A stretch of 64,000 nucleotides of DNA from assembly GCA_023228325.1 (NCBI GenBank), contig JALOBK010000001.1, forward strand, positions 1,925,507 to 1,989,506. Reading direction: 5' to 3'. The notes beneath the pieces are model-generated. The model was not told where the DNA came from, did no database searches, and saw only the letters and a list, made by a program, of their open reading frames with translations. Positions within the stretch are counted from its first letter, which is position 1. Each line of letters starts with the position of its first letter. Position numbers and translations under genes: made by a program. Positions 10,036 to 18,606 of this stretch are shown here, piece after piece. Source of the stretch: a bacterium. GTDB lineage: Bacteria > Auribacterota > UBA6266.

Positions 10036-10604
10036 AAAAAATTTTCTTTTTTATATTTCTTTCAATCATCCTATTGTCATTTCCGGTTTTTTCGGCGGAT
10101 GAAAATGAAGAGGAAACGATAAAGGCCGTTTCCGCCTGGCTATATGAATATAAGGGAAGCCAGCTTGTCGTTTCTTTTTTTAATCCGCAGGACATGCACG
10201 AATTGGAACATAGATGGGAAAGAATCACAAAGAGCGAAATAACAATAGCTATGATATACATTAACAATATCGAAGGCAAAAAAGACGTCCTTTTCGATAC
10301 ACAGTACGGGGGAGTGAAAGTTGTCACTTTCGATGGAGCCGTATTCGAAGCCTATGACGCCAGGAAGACCGCGGCATGGATAATGGGCGATGAGTTTTTA
10401 CTTGAATTCTCCGCGGCTAACGTGCCGGTCGGAAAAACGGATAAGCGAATGATAATGTTTTACGGCACATTTGACCCGATGAACATAGAATCCGCGGGAA
10501 TCTGCATGGGAGGAGGGTCTCTCTGGGGGCTTAAATCCAAGAAAACAAAAAAATACAAGCCGATGTCCTACATAAACCCCAAAGACCTTGATTCCGGCCA
10601 ATAA
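10032..10604 (+). CDS. secreted protein of unknown function (signal peptide)
   Basis: signal [25 protein letters not shown]; translationally coupled to the Cys-rich ORF. Confidence 0.5.
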   Translation: MKKIFFFIFLSIILLSFPVFSADENEEETIKAVSAWLYEYKGSQLVVSFFNPQDMHELEHRWERITKSEITIAMIYINNIEGKKDVLFDTQYGGVKVVTFDGAVFEAYDARKTAAWIMGDEFLLEFSAANVPVGKTDKRMIMFYGTFDPMNIESAGICMGGGSLWGLKSKKTKKYKPMSYINPKDLDSGQ

Positions 10605-10675
10605 TCATTAAAAACAGCCATCCGGCCGCTACAAGCATATCTTGCGGCAGACAATCATCCTTAATAGGGAAAGAA

Positions 10676-10742
10676 CTGTCCACAGCTAAGCCTATATTAC
10701 TAACAACATTCATCCACAGTATTTCCACAGGAGATTTCCACA
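10676..10742 (+). promoter_or_regulatory. cluster of four co-oriented DnaA-box-like 9-mers (CTGTCCACA, TCATCCACA, ATTTCCACA, ATTTCCACA) followed by an AT-rich tract
   Basis: TCCACA core four times in 67 bp in one orientation (about 10676, 10710, 10721, 10734); each 9-mer is 7-8/9 to TTATCCACA. Confidence 0.35.
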
Positions 10743-10823
10743 AATTCATAACTTCTTATACAATAGAGTGTTATGTATTTTTTTGAGGGGCATTTGCTAT
10801 ATGCTTATGTTTACATAAGATAT

Positions 10824-11013
10824 ATTATCGGACGTTGTAAAAGTTGTGCTGTAAACCCCATTATTCTTCCTAAGGAGAAATTTATATAACTGATTTGCCT
10901 GCGTTCCCGGTCATAATTCTAGTTATAGGATGTTTTACTAAACGTCCTATAACGTAGCTGAATTATGACCCATCATTTGCATAATTCAAACAACTTTTAC
11001 AACATCCGATAAT
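10824..11013. mobile_element. MITE-like palindromic element, copy 1 (about 190 bp, 23-bp terminal inverted repeats)
   Basis: terminal arms attatcggacgttgtaaaagttg (10824-10846) and caacttttacaacatccgataat (10991-11013) are 22/23 reverse complements; the interior carries a 63-bp nested palindrome. Confidence 0.35.
10909..10971. repeat. 63-bp nested-palindrome repeat, copy 1
   Basis: outer stem tcataattc / gaattatga and inner stem ttataggatgtt / aacgtcctataa; 61/63 identical to the copy at 11131. Confidence 0.85.
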
Positions 11014-11096
11014 ATCCTGAAAGATTATACGACATACTTCGAATATCCTATAATCTTCAGTTTTTTAACAAGTGCTTTTGTTTCTTTAATAGATTC

Positions 11097-11218
11097 CTAT
11101 TCGGACGTTACGAAAGTCCCTTAAAACAGGGGTTATAATTCTAGTTATAGGATGTTTTACTGAACGTCCTATAACGTAGCTGAATTATGACCCGCCTTTC
11201 TCTTTAACGTACGATAAC
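11097..11218. mobile_element. MITE-like element, degenerate copy 2
   Basis: arm-like tattcggacgttacgaaagt on the left, the 63-bp palindrome, then aacgtacgataacgt on the right (10/12 to the copy-1 right arm). Confidence 0.3.
11131..11193. repeat. 63-bp nested-palindrome repeat, copy 2
   Basis: ggttataattctagttataggatgttttactgaacgtcctataacgtagctgaattatgaccc; direct repeat 222 bp from copy 1. Confidence 0.85.
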
Positions 11219-11270
11219 GTATATGAATTATGGCGCTACCCTTAAAATACACACGGCCCGCTCCCCCATG

Positions 11271-11315
11271 TTAAAATAAAAAAACGGGGTTATAGAATGG
11301 ATTTATCTATAACCC
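11271..11315 (-). terminator. rho-independent terminator of the response-regulator gene
   Basis: perfect 10-bp stem GGGGTTATAG / CTATAACCCC with an 11-nt loop, followed on the minus strand by a T-run (plus-strand AAAAAAA at 11277-11283); 26 bp past the stop at 11341. Confidence 0.75.
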
Positions 11316-11340
11316 CTGATTTCAATCCGACAATACCGCT

Positions 11341-12276
11341 TTATCCTACCAATTCCGGATTATACACGCTTGTGCTGTTTCTTCCGTTAAGTTTGGAAAA
11401 ATATAAGGCTTTATCCGTCTTTTTCCTTAAATCCTCTTCATCCTGTATCACATGCTCGGGAAACGAAGCTATGCCGGCGCTTATTGTAATTTTTATATTA
11501 TGCTCTTCATATTTAAAAATATGGCTTTCAACCGCTTTTCTTACCCTTTCCGCGAATCTTTCCGCGTCCGCCGCGGAAGTAACCGGCGCTATTATAATAT
11601 ATTCATCGCCGGAAGGCCGGAATATCACATCGTTATATCGTTTGCATTCAACCATAATATCCGCGATTTTTTGCAGCACATAATCGCCTGCGGCATGTCC
11701 GTATTGATCGTTAACCTTTTTAAACAAATCCACATCCACTCCGATACAGCTCAATGACAGCGAATAGCGTTTTGACTTGTTCATCTCCTGGCGGAGATAT
11801 GAATTCAGATGCCTTAGATTGAACAATCCCGTTAGCTCGTCTTTTATCGCCATTTCCGCCAGTTCTATATTCTTTTTTCTGAGTTCATCGTGCAGTCTTT
11901 TCATCCTTATCATGTTTTTAACCCGCGCCATTAATTCCTGCGGAGCTACCGGTTTAACCAGAAAATCATCGCATCCTTCTTCGAAACCTTTAATCTTTGT
12001 TTCCAGGTCCCCTTTTGCGGTCATGCAGATTATTGGAACATAATCGCTGAATTTTGTTATTTCTTTTATCTGATGGCAGATTTTATACCCGTCGCTATCC
12101 GGTATCATAATATCTATGCACACCACATCGGGAAAGTTATCGTTGAATTTGAATTCGCTCAGTGCCTCTTCCCCGCTTCGGGCAATAGACACATTATAAC
12201 CTTCGGATTCAAGCAGAAGTCTCAGAAGATAGATAATCTCAAGATCGTTATCTACTATTAATATTCTCTTTTCCAT
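11341..12276 (-). CDS. response regulator: receiver domain plus GGDEF domain with degenerate A-site (SGDEY) and intact RxxD I-site
   Basis: N-terminal REC (ILIVDND); C-terminal GGDEF fold with KRYND-VIFRP-SGDEY in place of GG(D/E)EF. Confidence 0.8.
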   Translation of the reverse strand: MEKRILIVDNDLEIIYLLRLLLESEGYNVSIARSGEEALSEFKFNDNFPDVVCIDIMIPDSDGYKICHQIKEITKFSDYVPIICMTAKGDLETKIKGFEEGCDDFLVKPVAPQELMARVKNMIRMKRLHDELRKKNIELAEMAIKDELTGLFNLRHLNSYLRQEMNKSKRYSLSLSCIGVDVDLFKKVNDQYGHAAGDYVLQKIADIMVECKRYNDVIFRPSGDEYIIIAPVTSAADAERFAERVRKAVESHIFKYEEHNIKITISAGIASFPEHVIQDEEDLRKKTDKALYFSKLNGRNSTSVYNPELVG

Positions 12277-12294
12277 CGCTTGGCAGAGTAACTG

Positions 12295-13170
12295 TTATTT
12301 TAAATGTCCCCATCTTTCGGACACGGGCCACCATACAAAAAAAGCCTTTCCGAGGATGTTATCTCTCGGCACAAATCCCCAATACCTGCTGTCCTTGCTG
12401 TTATCGCTGTTGTCGCCGAGAACATAATACATGTCTTCGGGTATTTGCACTGCGCGTCCCATTTGTCCGTATTCCCCGTCAAAATCAGAAAAATCAGTGT
12501 TTCTGTAATAAATATCTTTAAGATTTGCGGGTTTGGGCGCGATTTTGCCGTCTATATATATATCCCCGTCTTTAATTTCAATTGTTTCCCCGGGAAGCCC
12601 TATAACCCTCTTTATATAATCCTTATGCTGGTCAAGCCCTATTATGTTTCTTGTCTGAAAAACAACTATGTCCCATCTCGCGGGTTCTTTTACAGGAACT
12701 ATCACAGGAGAATATTTTAACTGCAAAGGGACAGGCTGCCTTTCTTTATCATAAGCGATCCACGGCAATCTTAACCCAAAAATAATTTTGTTAACAAAAA
12801 TCCTGTCTCCATTATCATAGGATCCGTGAAGTGTCGGCTCCATGGAACCGGTCGGAATCTTAAAAGGCTGTAAAAATAATCCGCGGACTATCAAAGCAAG
12901 TATGCCCGCCCATAAAAGAGACTCGATAAATTCCCTGAAAGCCCCTTTTTTATATCTCTTCAATTCGTCCTCAAGCAGTAATATCTTCTGTAATGCGGCG
13001 TCAATGTCCTGCCTGCCTTTCAATGCCTGCCTGACTTCAGACATGGTTTTTATGGCGCTCAGATACCAGTCTCTGCCTTTTTCCCTCTTTGCTCTTTTTA
13101 TAAGTTCTTTGACCGATTTATAAGCCTTTTTTGAATCCCGATATTTTTTCATCTCTGTTATTTTTTTCAC
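12295..13170 (-). CDS. lepB: signal peptidase I
   Basis: catalytic Ser box GSMEPTL and GDNSDNSKDSRYWGFVP box; N-terminal extension of about 70 aa before the TM segment. Confidence 0.85.
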   Translation of the reverse strand: MKKITEMKKYRDSKKAYKSVKELIKRAKREKGRDWYLSAIKTMSEVRQALKGRQDIDAALQKILLLEDELKRYKKGAFREFIESLLWAGILALIVRGLFLQPFKIPTGSMEPTLHGSYDNGDRIFVNKIIFGLRLPWIAYDKERQPVPLQLKYSPVIVPVKEPARWDIVVFQTRNIIGLDQHKDYIKRVIGLPGETIEIKDGDIYIDGKIAPKPANLKDIYYRNTDFSDFDGEYGQMGRAVQIPEDMYYVLGDNSDNSKDSRYWGFVPRDNILGKAFFVWWPVSERWGHLK

Positions 13171-13185
13171 GGTATCTCCTTTGTA

Positions 13186-14982
13186 TTAATCGTTTTTCAG
13201 CACGGCGGTAAACGCTCTTTGGGGAATATTGACTTTCCCGACCAGCTTCATCCTTTTTTTGCCTTCCTTTTGTTTTTCAAGCAATTTTCTCTTCCTGGTT
13301 ATATCACCGCCGTAGCATTTCGCAATCACATCTTTCCTTAGCGCTTTTATGTTGCTCCTGGCAATTACTTTGCCCCCCACAGATGCCTGCAACGGTATCT
13401 GGAAAAGATGCTGGGGTATAAGGTCCTTCAATTTTTCAGTTATCTGCCTTCCCTTTGTCTCAGCTTTAGACGAATGCACAAGCGTCGAAAAAGCGTCAAC
13501 CGGCTCTCCGTTAACAAGAATCTCAAGTTTAACTATATTTGATGTCTTATATCTGTCAAATTCATAATCCATGGAACCGAAACCTCTTGTCGCAGATTTT
13601 ATCTTATCATGAAAATCGATTATAATCTCATTCATGGGCATATCAAAGGTCATCAGCACCCTCCGCTGATCAAGTGTCTCTGTCTGCAGCAAATCCCCTC
13701 TTCTATCCCTGCAGATCTGAATGATAGACCCCAGTGATTCAGTCGGGCATATCACAAACATTTTCACGAACGGTTCCTCAATATTATCTATCTCGTTCAC
13801 AGGAGGCAACTTTAACGGATTATCTATGGATATCTGTTCGCCGTTTTTCAGGTTAATCCTGTATATAACGCTCGGATGGGTCATTACAATATCCAGGTCA
13901 TATTCTCTCTCTATCCTTTCCTGGAATATTTCCATGTGCAGCAGACCGAGAAATCCGCATCTGAAACCGAAACCGAGCGCTGCTGAATTTTCAGGTTCAA
14001 ACTTCAGGGAAGCGTCATTTAAAGAAAATTTTTCAAGAACGCTTTTCAAATCCGGATAATCCGCGCTGTTTGAAGGATAAACTCCGCTGTAAACCATGGG
14101 ATGGATCTGTTTAAATCCCGGGACCGCTTCCGAAACAGGGTCCTTCTCGCTTGTGATAGTGTCGCCGATGATAATATCCGAAGCATCCTTGATATTAGAG
14201 ATGATATAGCCAACCTCTCCGCATACAAGTTCGCTGACAGGTGTCGCCTTAGGTTTAAAGATACCTACCTCCACGACTTCAAATATCTTATTCCTCCCCA
14301 TTAAAAAAATCTTCATGCCTTTGCCTACTTTTCCGCCAAACACTCTTACATGCAGTATAACGCCGCGAAAAGAGTTATATACCGAATCAAATATAAGCGC
14401 TTTTAATTTGTTTTCGGCCGGAACGGCGGGCGGGTCAATCCGGCCGATAATCCTGTCCAGGAGCTCTTTTATCCCGCTGCCCGTCTTTGCGCTCGTCAGA
14501 ACCGCGTCATCGGCCGGGATCTGCAGGATATCTTCGATCTGGTGTTTAACGCTTTCCACATCCGCGTTAGGCAAATCAACTTTGTTGATAACAGGAATTA
14601 TTTTTAAACCGTAGCTGGATGCAAGATGTATATTAGCAACTGTCTGAGCTTCCACTCCCTGAGAAGCGTCCACAAGCAAAAGCGCGCCTTCACAGGAAGC
14701 AAGGCTTCTTGAAACTTCGTGAGCGAAATCAACATGGCCGGGGGTATCGATGATATTAAGCATATATGTCTGCCCGTCGTCAGCTTTATAATCAATCCGG
14801 ACAGGATGAGCCTTAATGGTTATGCCCCTTTCCCGCTCTAAATCCATGTCATCAAGCACCTGTTCACGGAATTCACGCTTATCAATAGAACCTGTTATTT
14901 CCAGCATTCTGTCGGCAAGAGTTGATTTGCCGTGGTCTATATGGGCAATGATAGAAAAATTTCTTATATTTTCAATTTTCAT
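13186..14982 (-). CDS. lepA: elongation factor 4 (LepA)
   Basis: NFSIIAHIDHGKSTLADR G1 motif plus LepA C-terminal domain; start taken at MKIENIRNF (the ORF track extends to 14997). Confidence 0.9.
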   Translation of the reverse strand: MKIENIRNFSIIAHIDHGKSTLADRMLEITGSIDKREFREQVLDDMDLERERGITIKAHPVRIDYKADDGQTYMLNIIDTPGHVDFAHEVSRSLASCEGALLLVDASQGVEAQTVANIHLASSYGLKIIPVINKVDLPNADVESVKHQIEDILQIPADDAVLTSAKTGSGIKELLDRIIGRIDPPAVPAENKLKALIFDSVYNSFRGVILHVRVFGGKVGKGMKIFLMGRNKIFEVVEVGIFKPKATPVSELVCGEVGYIISNIKDASDIIIGDTITSEKDPVSEAVPGFKQIHPMVYSGVYPSNSADYPDLKSVLEKFSLNDASLKFEPENSAALGFGFRCGFLGLLHMEIFQERIEREYDLDIVMTHPSVIYRINLKNGEQISIDNPLKLPPVNEIDNIEEPFVKMFVICPTESLGSIIQICRDRRGDLLQTETLDQRRVLMTFDMPMNEIIIDFHDKIKSATRGFGSMDYEFDRYKTSNIVKLEILVNGEPVDAFSTLVHSSKAETKGRQITEKLKDLIPQHLFQIPLQASVGGKVIARSNIKALRKDVIAKCYGGDITRKRKLLEKQKEGKKRMKLVGKVNIPQRAFTAVLKND

Positions 14983-15637
14983 ATTTCTGCAAAGCATCTC
15001 TGAATTGTCGCACTGTGGAAGTAATATCGGGCGTTCTGAAAATTGAAGTTCCCGCGACGATAATATTTATACCGGCTTTTACGGCGTTTACCGCGGTTTC
15101 CAGCGTTATTCCTCCGTCAATCTCCAATTCGGTTTCTAAATTATTCTCATCTATAAGCTTTTTCGCCGCTCTTACTTTATCCAGGACTGATCCAATGAAT
15201 TTTTGTCCGCCGAAACCGGGATTAACCGACATGAAAAGAACAAGATCAACCTTATCAACAATATTTTCAATCTCGCAAAAAGGAGTGGGAGGGTTAATGG
15301 AAACGCCGCATTTCACTCCCAGAGACCTGATTTTCCTGATGATCTTTTCGGGATCCTTTTCGGCTTCTATATGGAATGTAATCAGATCAGAACCGGCTTC
15401 GGCAAAAACAGGCGCGTATTTAAGAGGCTCTGCTATCATAAGGTGGACATCCAGGAAAAGTCCGGTCGTATTCCTTATAGATCTGACTATATCCGGCCCG
15501 AAAGTTATGTTTGGAACAAAATGGCCGTCCATCACATCTATATGAAGCATGTCAACACCTGCATCTTCAGCCTTTTTCACCTCCTCGGACATTTTTCCGA
15601 AATCAGCTGCCAGCAAAGACGGGGCAATTTTAATCAA
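14972..15637 (-). CDS. rpe: ribulose-phosphate 3-epimerase
   Basis: IAPSLLAADF...LHIDVMDGHFVPN signature. Confidence 0.9.
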   Translation of the reverse strand: MIKIAPSLLAADFGKMSEEVKKAEDAGVDMLHIDVMDGHFVPNITFGPDIVRSIRNTTGLFLDVHLMIAEPLKYAPVFAEAGSDLITFHIEAEKDPEKIIRKIRSLGVKCGVSINPPTPFCEIENIVDKVDLVLFMSVNPGFGGQKFIGSVLDKVRAAKKLIDENNLETELEIDGGITLETAVNAVKAGINIIVAGTSIFRTPDITSTVRQFRDALQKYEN

Positions 15638-15663
15638 ATCTATCCTCCCTGTTAAGTAATGGC

Positions 15664-16938
15664 TTATAACTTTTTTAATATTTTTTCTATTTTCGACGGT
15701 TTATCAATTAATCCTATCCCTGAAATACCGATATTTTCAGGAGTAAAGTAATCCGCGGCTATTCTCCGGATATCGGCGGCGGCAACAGACTGGACTTTGG
15801 CTATCACTTCATCATACGGAATTATACGGTCCAGCAGGATTAAGCTTTCACCCGCTCTGTACATCTGGGATGTCGTTCTTTCCATCGCAAGCATAAACTG
15901 ACCGATATAATATTCCTTCGCCCTTTCAATTTCTTCAGATGAAACTTTTGACGACCTGATTTTATTGAGCTCTCTCATTATAAGCGAAACGGCCTGTTCA
16001 ACCCTTCCGGCGTCAAAACCGCCCGAAATAGTAAAACAGCCGGAATCCTTATAATATTCAACGGCGGAAGATATATTATAGGATAATCCATACTTCTCCC
16101 TTATAGATTGAAAAAGCCTTGAACTCATATTTTCGCCGAGTATCACGCTCAGGATATTAAACGCATATTTATCCTTATGCCCTCTTTCAACCGTTTTAAC
16201 GCCCAGGGCAAGATGTACTTGTTCCGTTTTCTTGTTTAAAAATATATTTCTCCTGTTGAGCGGTTTTTGTTCATAGCCCAAAAACCCGGGAGCCGGTTTT
16301 CCCGGAAGATTTCTGACCCATTTTTCAGACTCTTTCACTACTGTATCATGCTTGATATTGCCGGCAACAGAGATAACTGTATTGGAAGTGGTATAATTAG
16401 CGTTCATATATCTTAAAATATCATCCCTGGTTATAGATGAAACCGTATCAACGGAACCTATCAAAGGCTTCCCCAGAGGATGTCCCTCCCATATAATGGA
16501 TTTTATTAAATCATGAATATGCTGATCCGGCATATCATGATACATATTTATTTCTTCTTTTATTACACCCCTCTCCCTTTCTATTTCCCTGGGATCGAAA
16601 ATAGAATTTATATATATGTCAAATAATATCTCGGAGGCGGTATGAAAGTATTTACTGGATACTTTTGCCATATAGAACGTATATTCCTCTGAAGTATAGG
16701 CATTTAATATGCCGCCTACCCCTTCAATAGCCTCGGATATTTTTCTGCATGTCCTGTGGGTTGTCCCTTTAAAAAGCAAGTGCTCGAGGAAGTGCGAGAT
16801 CCCCGATTGGCGTTCGGCCTCATATCTTCCTCCCGTTGCGACCCAGATGCCCATCGAAACGGAATGCATATGCTTCATCTCGGTGGTCACTATTCTTATG
16901 CCGTTGGAAAGTTTAGTTATCTTAATTTTGTTATTCAT
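15664..16938 (-). CDS. M16-family zinc metallopeptidase (insulinase-like)
   Basis: inverted zinc motif HFLEHLLFKGT (HxxEH). Confidence 0.85.
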   Translation of the reverse strand: MNNKIKITKLSNGIRIVTTEMKHMHSVSMGIWVATGGRYEAERQSGISHFLEHLLFKGTTHRTCRKISEAIEGVGGILNAYTSEEYTFYMAKVSSKYFHTASEILFDIYINSIFDPREIERERGVIKEEINMYHDMPDQHIHDLIKSIIWEGHPLGKPLIGSVDTVSSITRDDILRYMNANYTTSNTVISVAGNIKHDTVVKESEKWVRNLPGKPAPGFLGYEQKPLNRRNIFLNKKTEQVHLALGVKTVERGHKDKYAFNILSVILGENMSSRLFQSIREKYGLSYNISSAVEYYKDSGCFTISGGFDAGRVEQAVSLIMRELNKIRSSKVSSEEIERAKEYYIGQFMLAMERTTSQMYRAGESLILLDRIIPYDEVIAKVQSVAAADIRRIAADYFTPENIGISGIGLIDKPSKIEKILKKL

Positions 16939-18157
16939 TCTTTTTCCTGACTAAGTCCCCCGGGCGGGCGCAACTCTTAAACCTGACTTTCACTTTCATT
17001 CCGGGATTCGCTTCTTTCAAAACCCCGCCGTCCAGGTCAAACATCAGGCTTATCGTTTCTTCCCTGTCACATCCGATATCCGGACCTATCACCTCAACCG
17101 AATCACCTTTCCTGATCTTATTCCTCACTTCTAATATAACGGTGCCTTTCAACGACTTTTCTACAATTCCCAAAAAATCATATTTTCTTTCGTACGCGGA
17201 CGTGCCGGCAATCTGCATATCCGAATCGGAACCTCTGCCAACATAGAAACCAGTAGTATATTTCCTGTGGCTTATTTTTTCAAGTTCTTCGATTGTTTTT
17301 TTCGGCGCTCTCTTTTTCCCCGCATAACAGCAATCCACGGCATTTCTGTAAGCGCGGACAACACAGGCTATATAATACAGGCTTTTCATTCTTCCTTCTA
17401 TCTTAATGGCGTCTACGCCCGCTTCCGCGATTTCCGTAATATAATCAACCATATTTAAGTCTTTCGAATTTAAAATATACGAACCGCGGGCGGAAGATTC
17501 AATCTGAAAATATTCGCCCGGCCGTTTTTCTTCAACCAGATAATATTTCCACCTGCAAGGATGGGTGCACTTCCCTTCATTTGCGCTTCTGCCCGTCATC
17601 ACAGAACTTAACAGGCACCTGCCCGAATAAGAAACACACATCGCCCCGTGGCAAAAAATTTCCAGCTCCATATCCGGGACTGCTTTCTTTATCATGCGAA
17701 TATCCCTTAAGGCGACTTCCCTTCCCAATATTATCCGGTCGACACCCGATCCCTTCCAGAATAACACCGACGAGGAGTTTAATGTGTTGGCCTGTGTGCT
17801 TAAATGGATCTTTACTCCGCGACATAAGAGGTTGCGCGCAATTTTTATCATTCCGGGGTCCGAAACAATGATGGCATCCGGTTTTATAACGTTGATCTTT
17901 TTTATCGCAGTTTCGGCTTTCTTTAAATCAGACTCTTTAAGATAAGCGTTCATGGCAATATATAATTTTTTGCCGGCTTTCCTTGCTTCTTTTGAAATGG
18001 TCTCCGCATCGCGGAAATTAAGCTCTTCGGCATATGCGCGCAGGCTCATTCCCGGATAGCCTATATAAACGGCGTCAGCCCCGTAAAGAAAAGCTGTTTT
18101 GAGTTTTTCAATGTTTCCGGCGGGAGCTACCAATTCTATTTTATGTTTTTTTTTCAT
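16931..18157 (-). CDS. peptidase U32 family protein
   Basis: ELVAPAGN N-terminus and EIFCHGAMCVSYSGRCLLS U32 signature; start taken at MKKKHK (the track extends to 18184). Confidence 0.8.
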   Translation of the reverse strand: MKKKHKIELVAPAGNIEKLKTAFLYGADAVYIGYPGMSLRAYAEELNFRDAETISKEARKAGKKLYIAMNAYLKESDLKKAETAIKKINVIKPDAIIVSDPGMIKIARNLLCRGVKIHLSTQANTLNSSSVLFWKGSGVDRIILGREVALRDIRMIKKAVPDMELEIFCHGAMCVSYSGRCLLSSVMTGRSANEGKCTHPCRWKYYLVEEKRPGEYFQIESSARGSYILNSKDLNMVDYITEIAEAGVDAIKIEGRMKSLYYIACVVRAYRNAVDCCYAGKKRAPKKTIEELEKISHRKYTTGFYVGRGSDSDMQIAGTSAYERKYDFLGIVEKSLKGTVILEVRNKIRKGDSVEVIGPDIGCDREETISLMFDLDGGVLKEANPGMKVKVRFKSCARPGDLVRKKNE

Positions 18158-18180
18158 TTGCGCAGGGTTTCCGCAGAAAA

Positions 18181-18606
18181 TCACATCTGTCTGCTATTCT
18201 CAAGATGGTCCAGAAAATTTTGCAGCATGATCTGGGCTGCGAGGGAATCTACTTTTTCTTTTCTTTTTTTTCTCGTTATATTCGCGGATATCAATATCCT
18301 CTGCGCAGAAACAGTGGTCAACCTTTCATCCCAGAGATTGACATTTATGTTCAATTCTTTATTAATCTTTTCGGCGAGGTCTTTAACTTTTCTGCTTCCG
18401 GGACTGTCTTTGCCGGACATGTTAACCGGATTACCTATAACAATAGATGTAATTCCTTTATTTTCAATTAGTTGCGCTAAATGATTAATAAATTGGTCTA
18501 TGTCTGTGAAATGGACAAAACCCAATCCCTGAGCCGTAATATTCAAATCATCGCTAACGGCGAGTCCGACCCTTTTATGCCCGAAATCTACACCTAAAAA
18601 CTTCAT
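18181..18606 (-). CDS. ruvX: Holliday-junction resolvase-like RNase YqgF/RuvX
   Basis: LGVDFGHKRVGLAVSD N-terminal motif; 141 aa. Confidence 0.85.
   Translation of the reverse strand: MKFLGVDFGHKRVGLAVSDDLNITAQGLGFVHFTDIDQFINHLAQLIENKGITSIVIGNPVNMSGKDSPGSRKVKDLAEKINKELNINVNLWDERLTTVSAQRILISANITRKKRKEKVDSLAAQIMLQNFLDHLENSRQM

Noticed and set aside
10531-10749. 72-aa plus-strand ORF overlapping the 3' end of the secreted-protein gene
   Set aside because: It lies in a different frame over a real gene's coding end and has no start context. It extends into the DnaA-box-like cluster by chance.
10774-10899. 41-aa ORF (MYFFEGHLLYAYVYIRYIIGRCKSCAVNPIILPKEKFI) inside the gap
   Set aside because: It has no RBS and low-complexity composition, and it overlaps the left terminal repeat of the MITE-like element. 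It is most likely a chance ORF in AT-rich DNA.
10909-11193. possible CRISPR array from the repeated 63-mers
   Set aside because: There are only two copies. The repeat is 63 bp with 159-bp spacing, so it is far too long. It is a nested palindrome flanked by its own terminal inverted repeats, and no cas genes are present.
10605-11340. candidate RNase P, tmRNA, 6S or tRNA gene in the long gap (a cgaaagtccc stretch resembles the RNase P P4 region)
   Set aside because: Only that short stretch matches. There is no CCA/T-arm-like 3' end, no tag-peptide reading frame, and no other conserved RNase P or tmRNA elements.
10605-11340. XerCD dif site expected at a terminus-like strand switch
   Set aside because: I found no 28-mer with the conserved TTATGTTAAAT-type XerD arm. 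The closest stretches (gtgttatgtattttt at about 10768, tttgcataattcaaac at about 10973) match less than about 60 percent.
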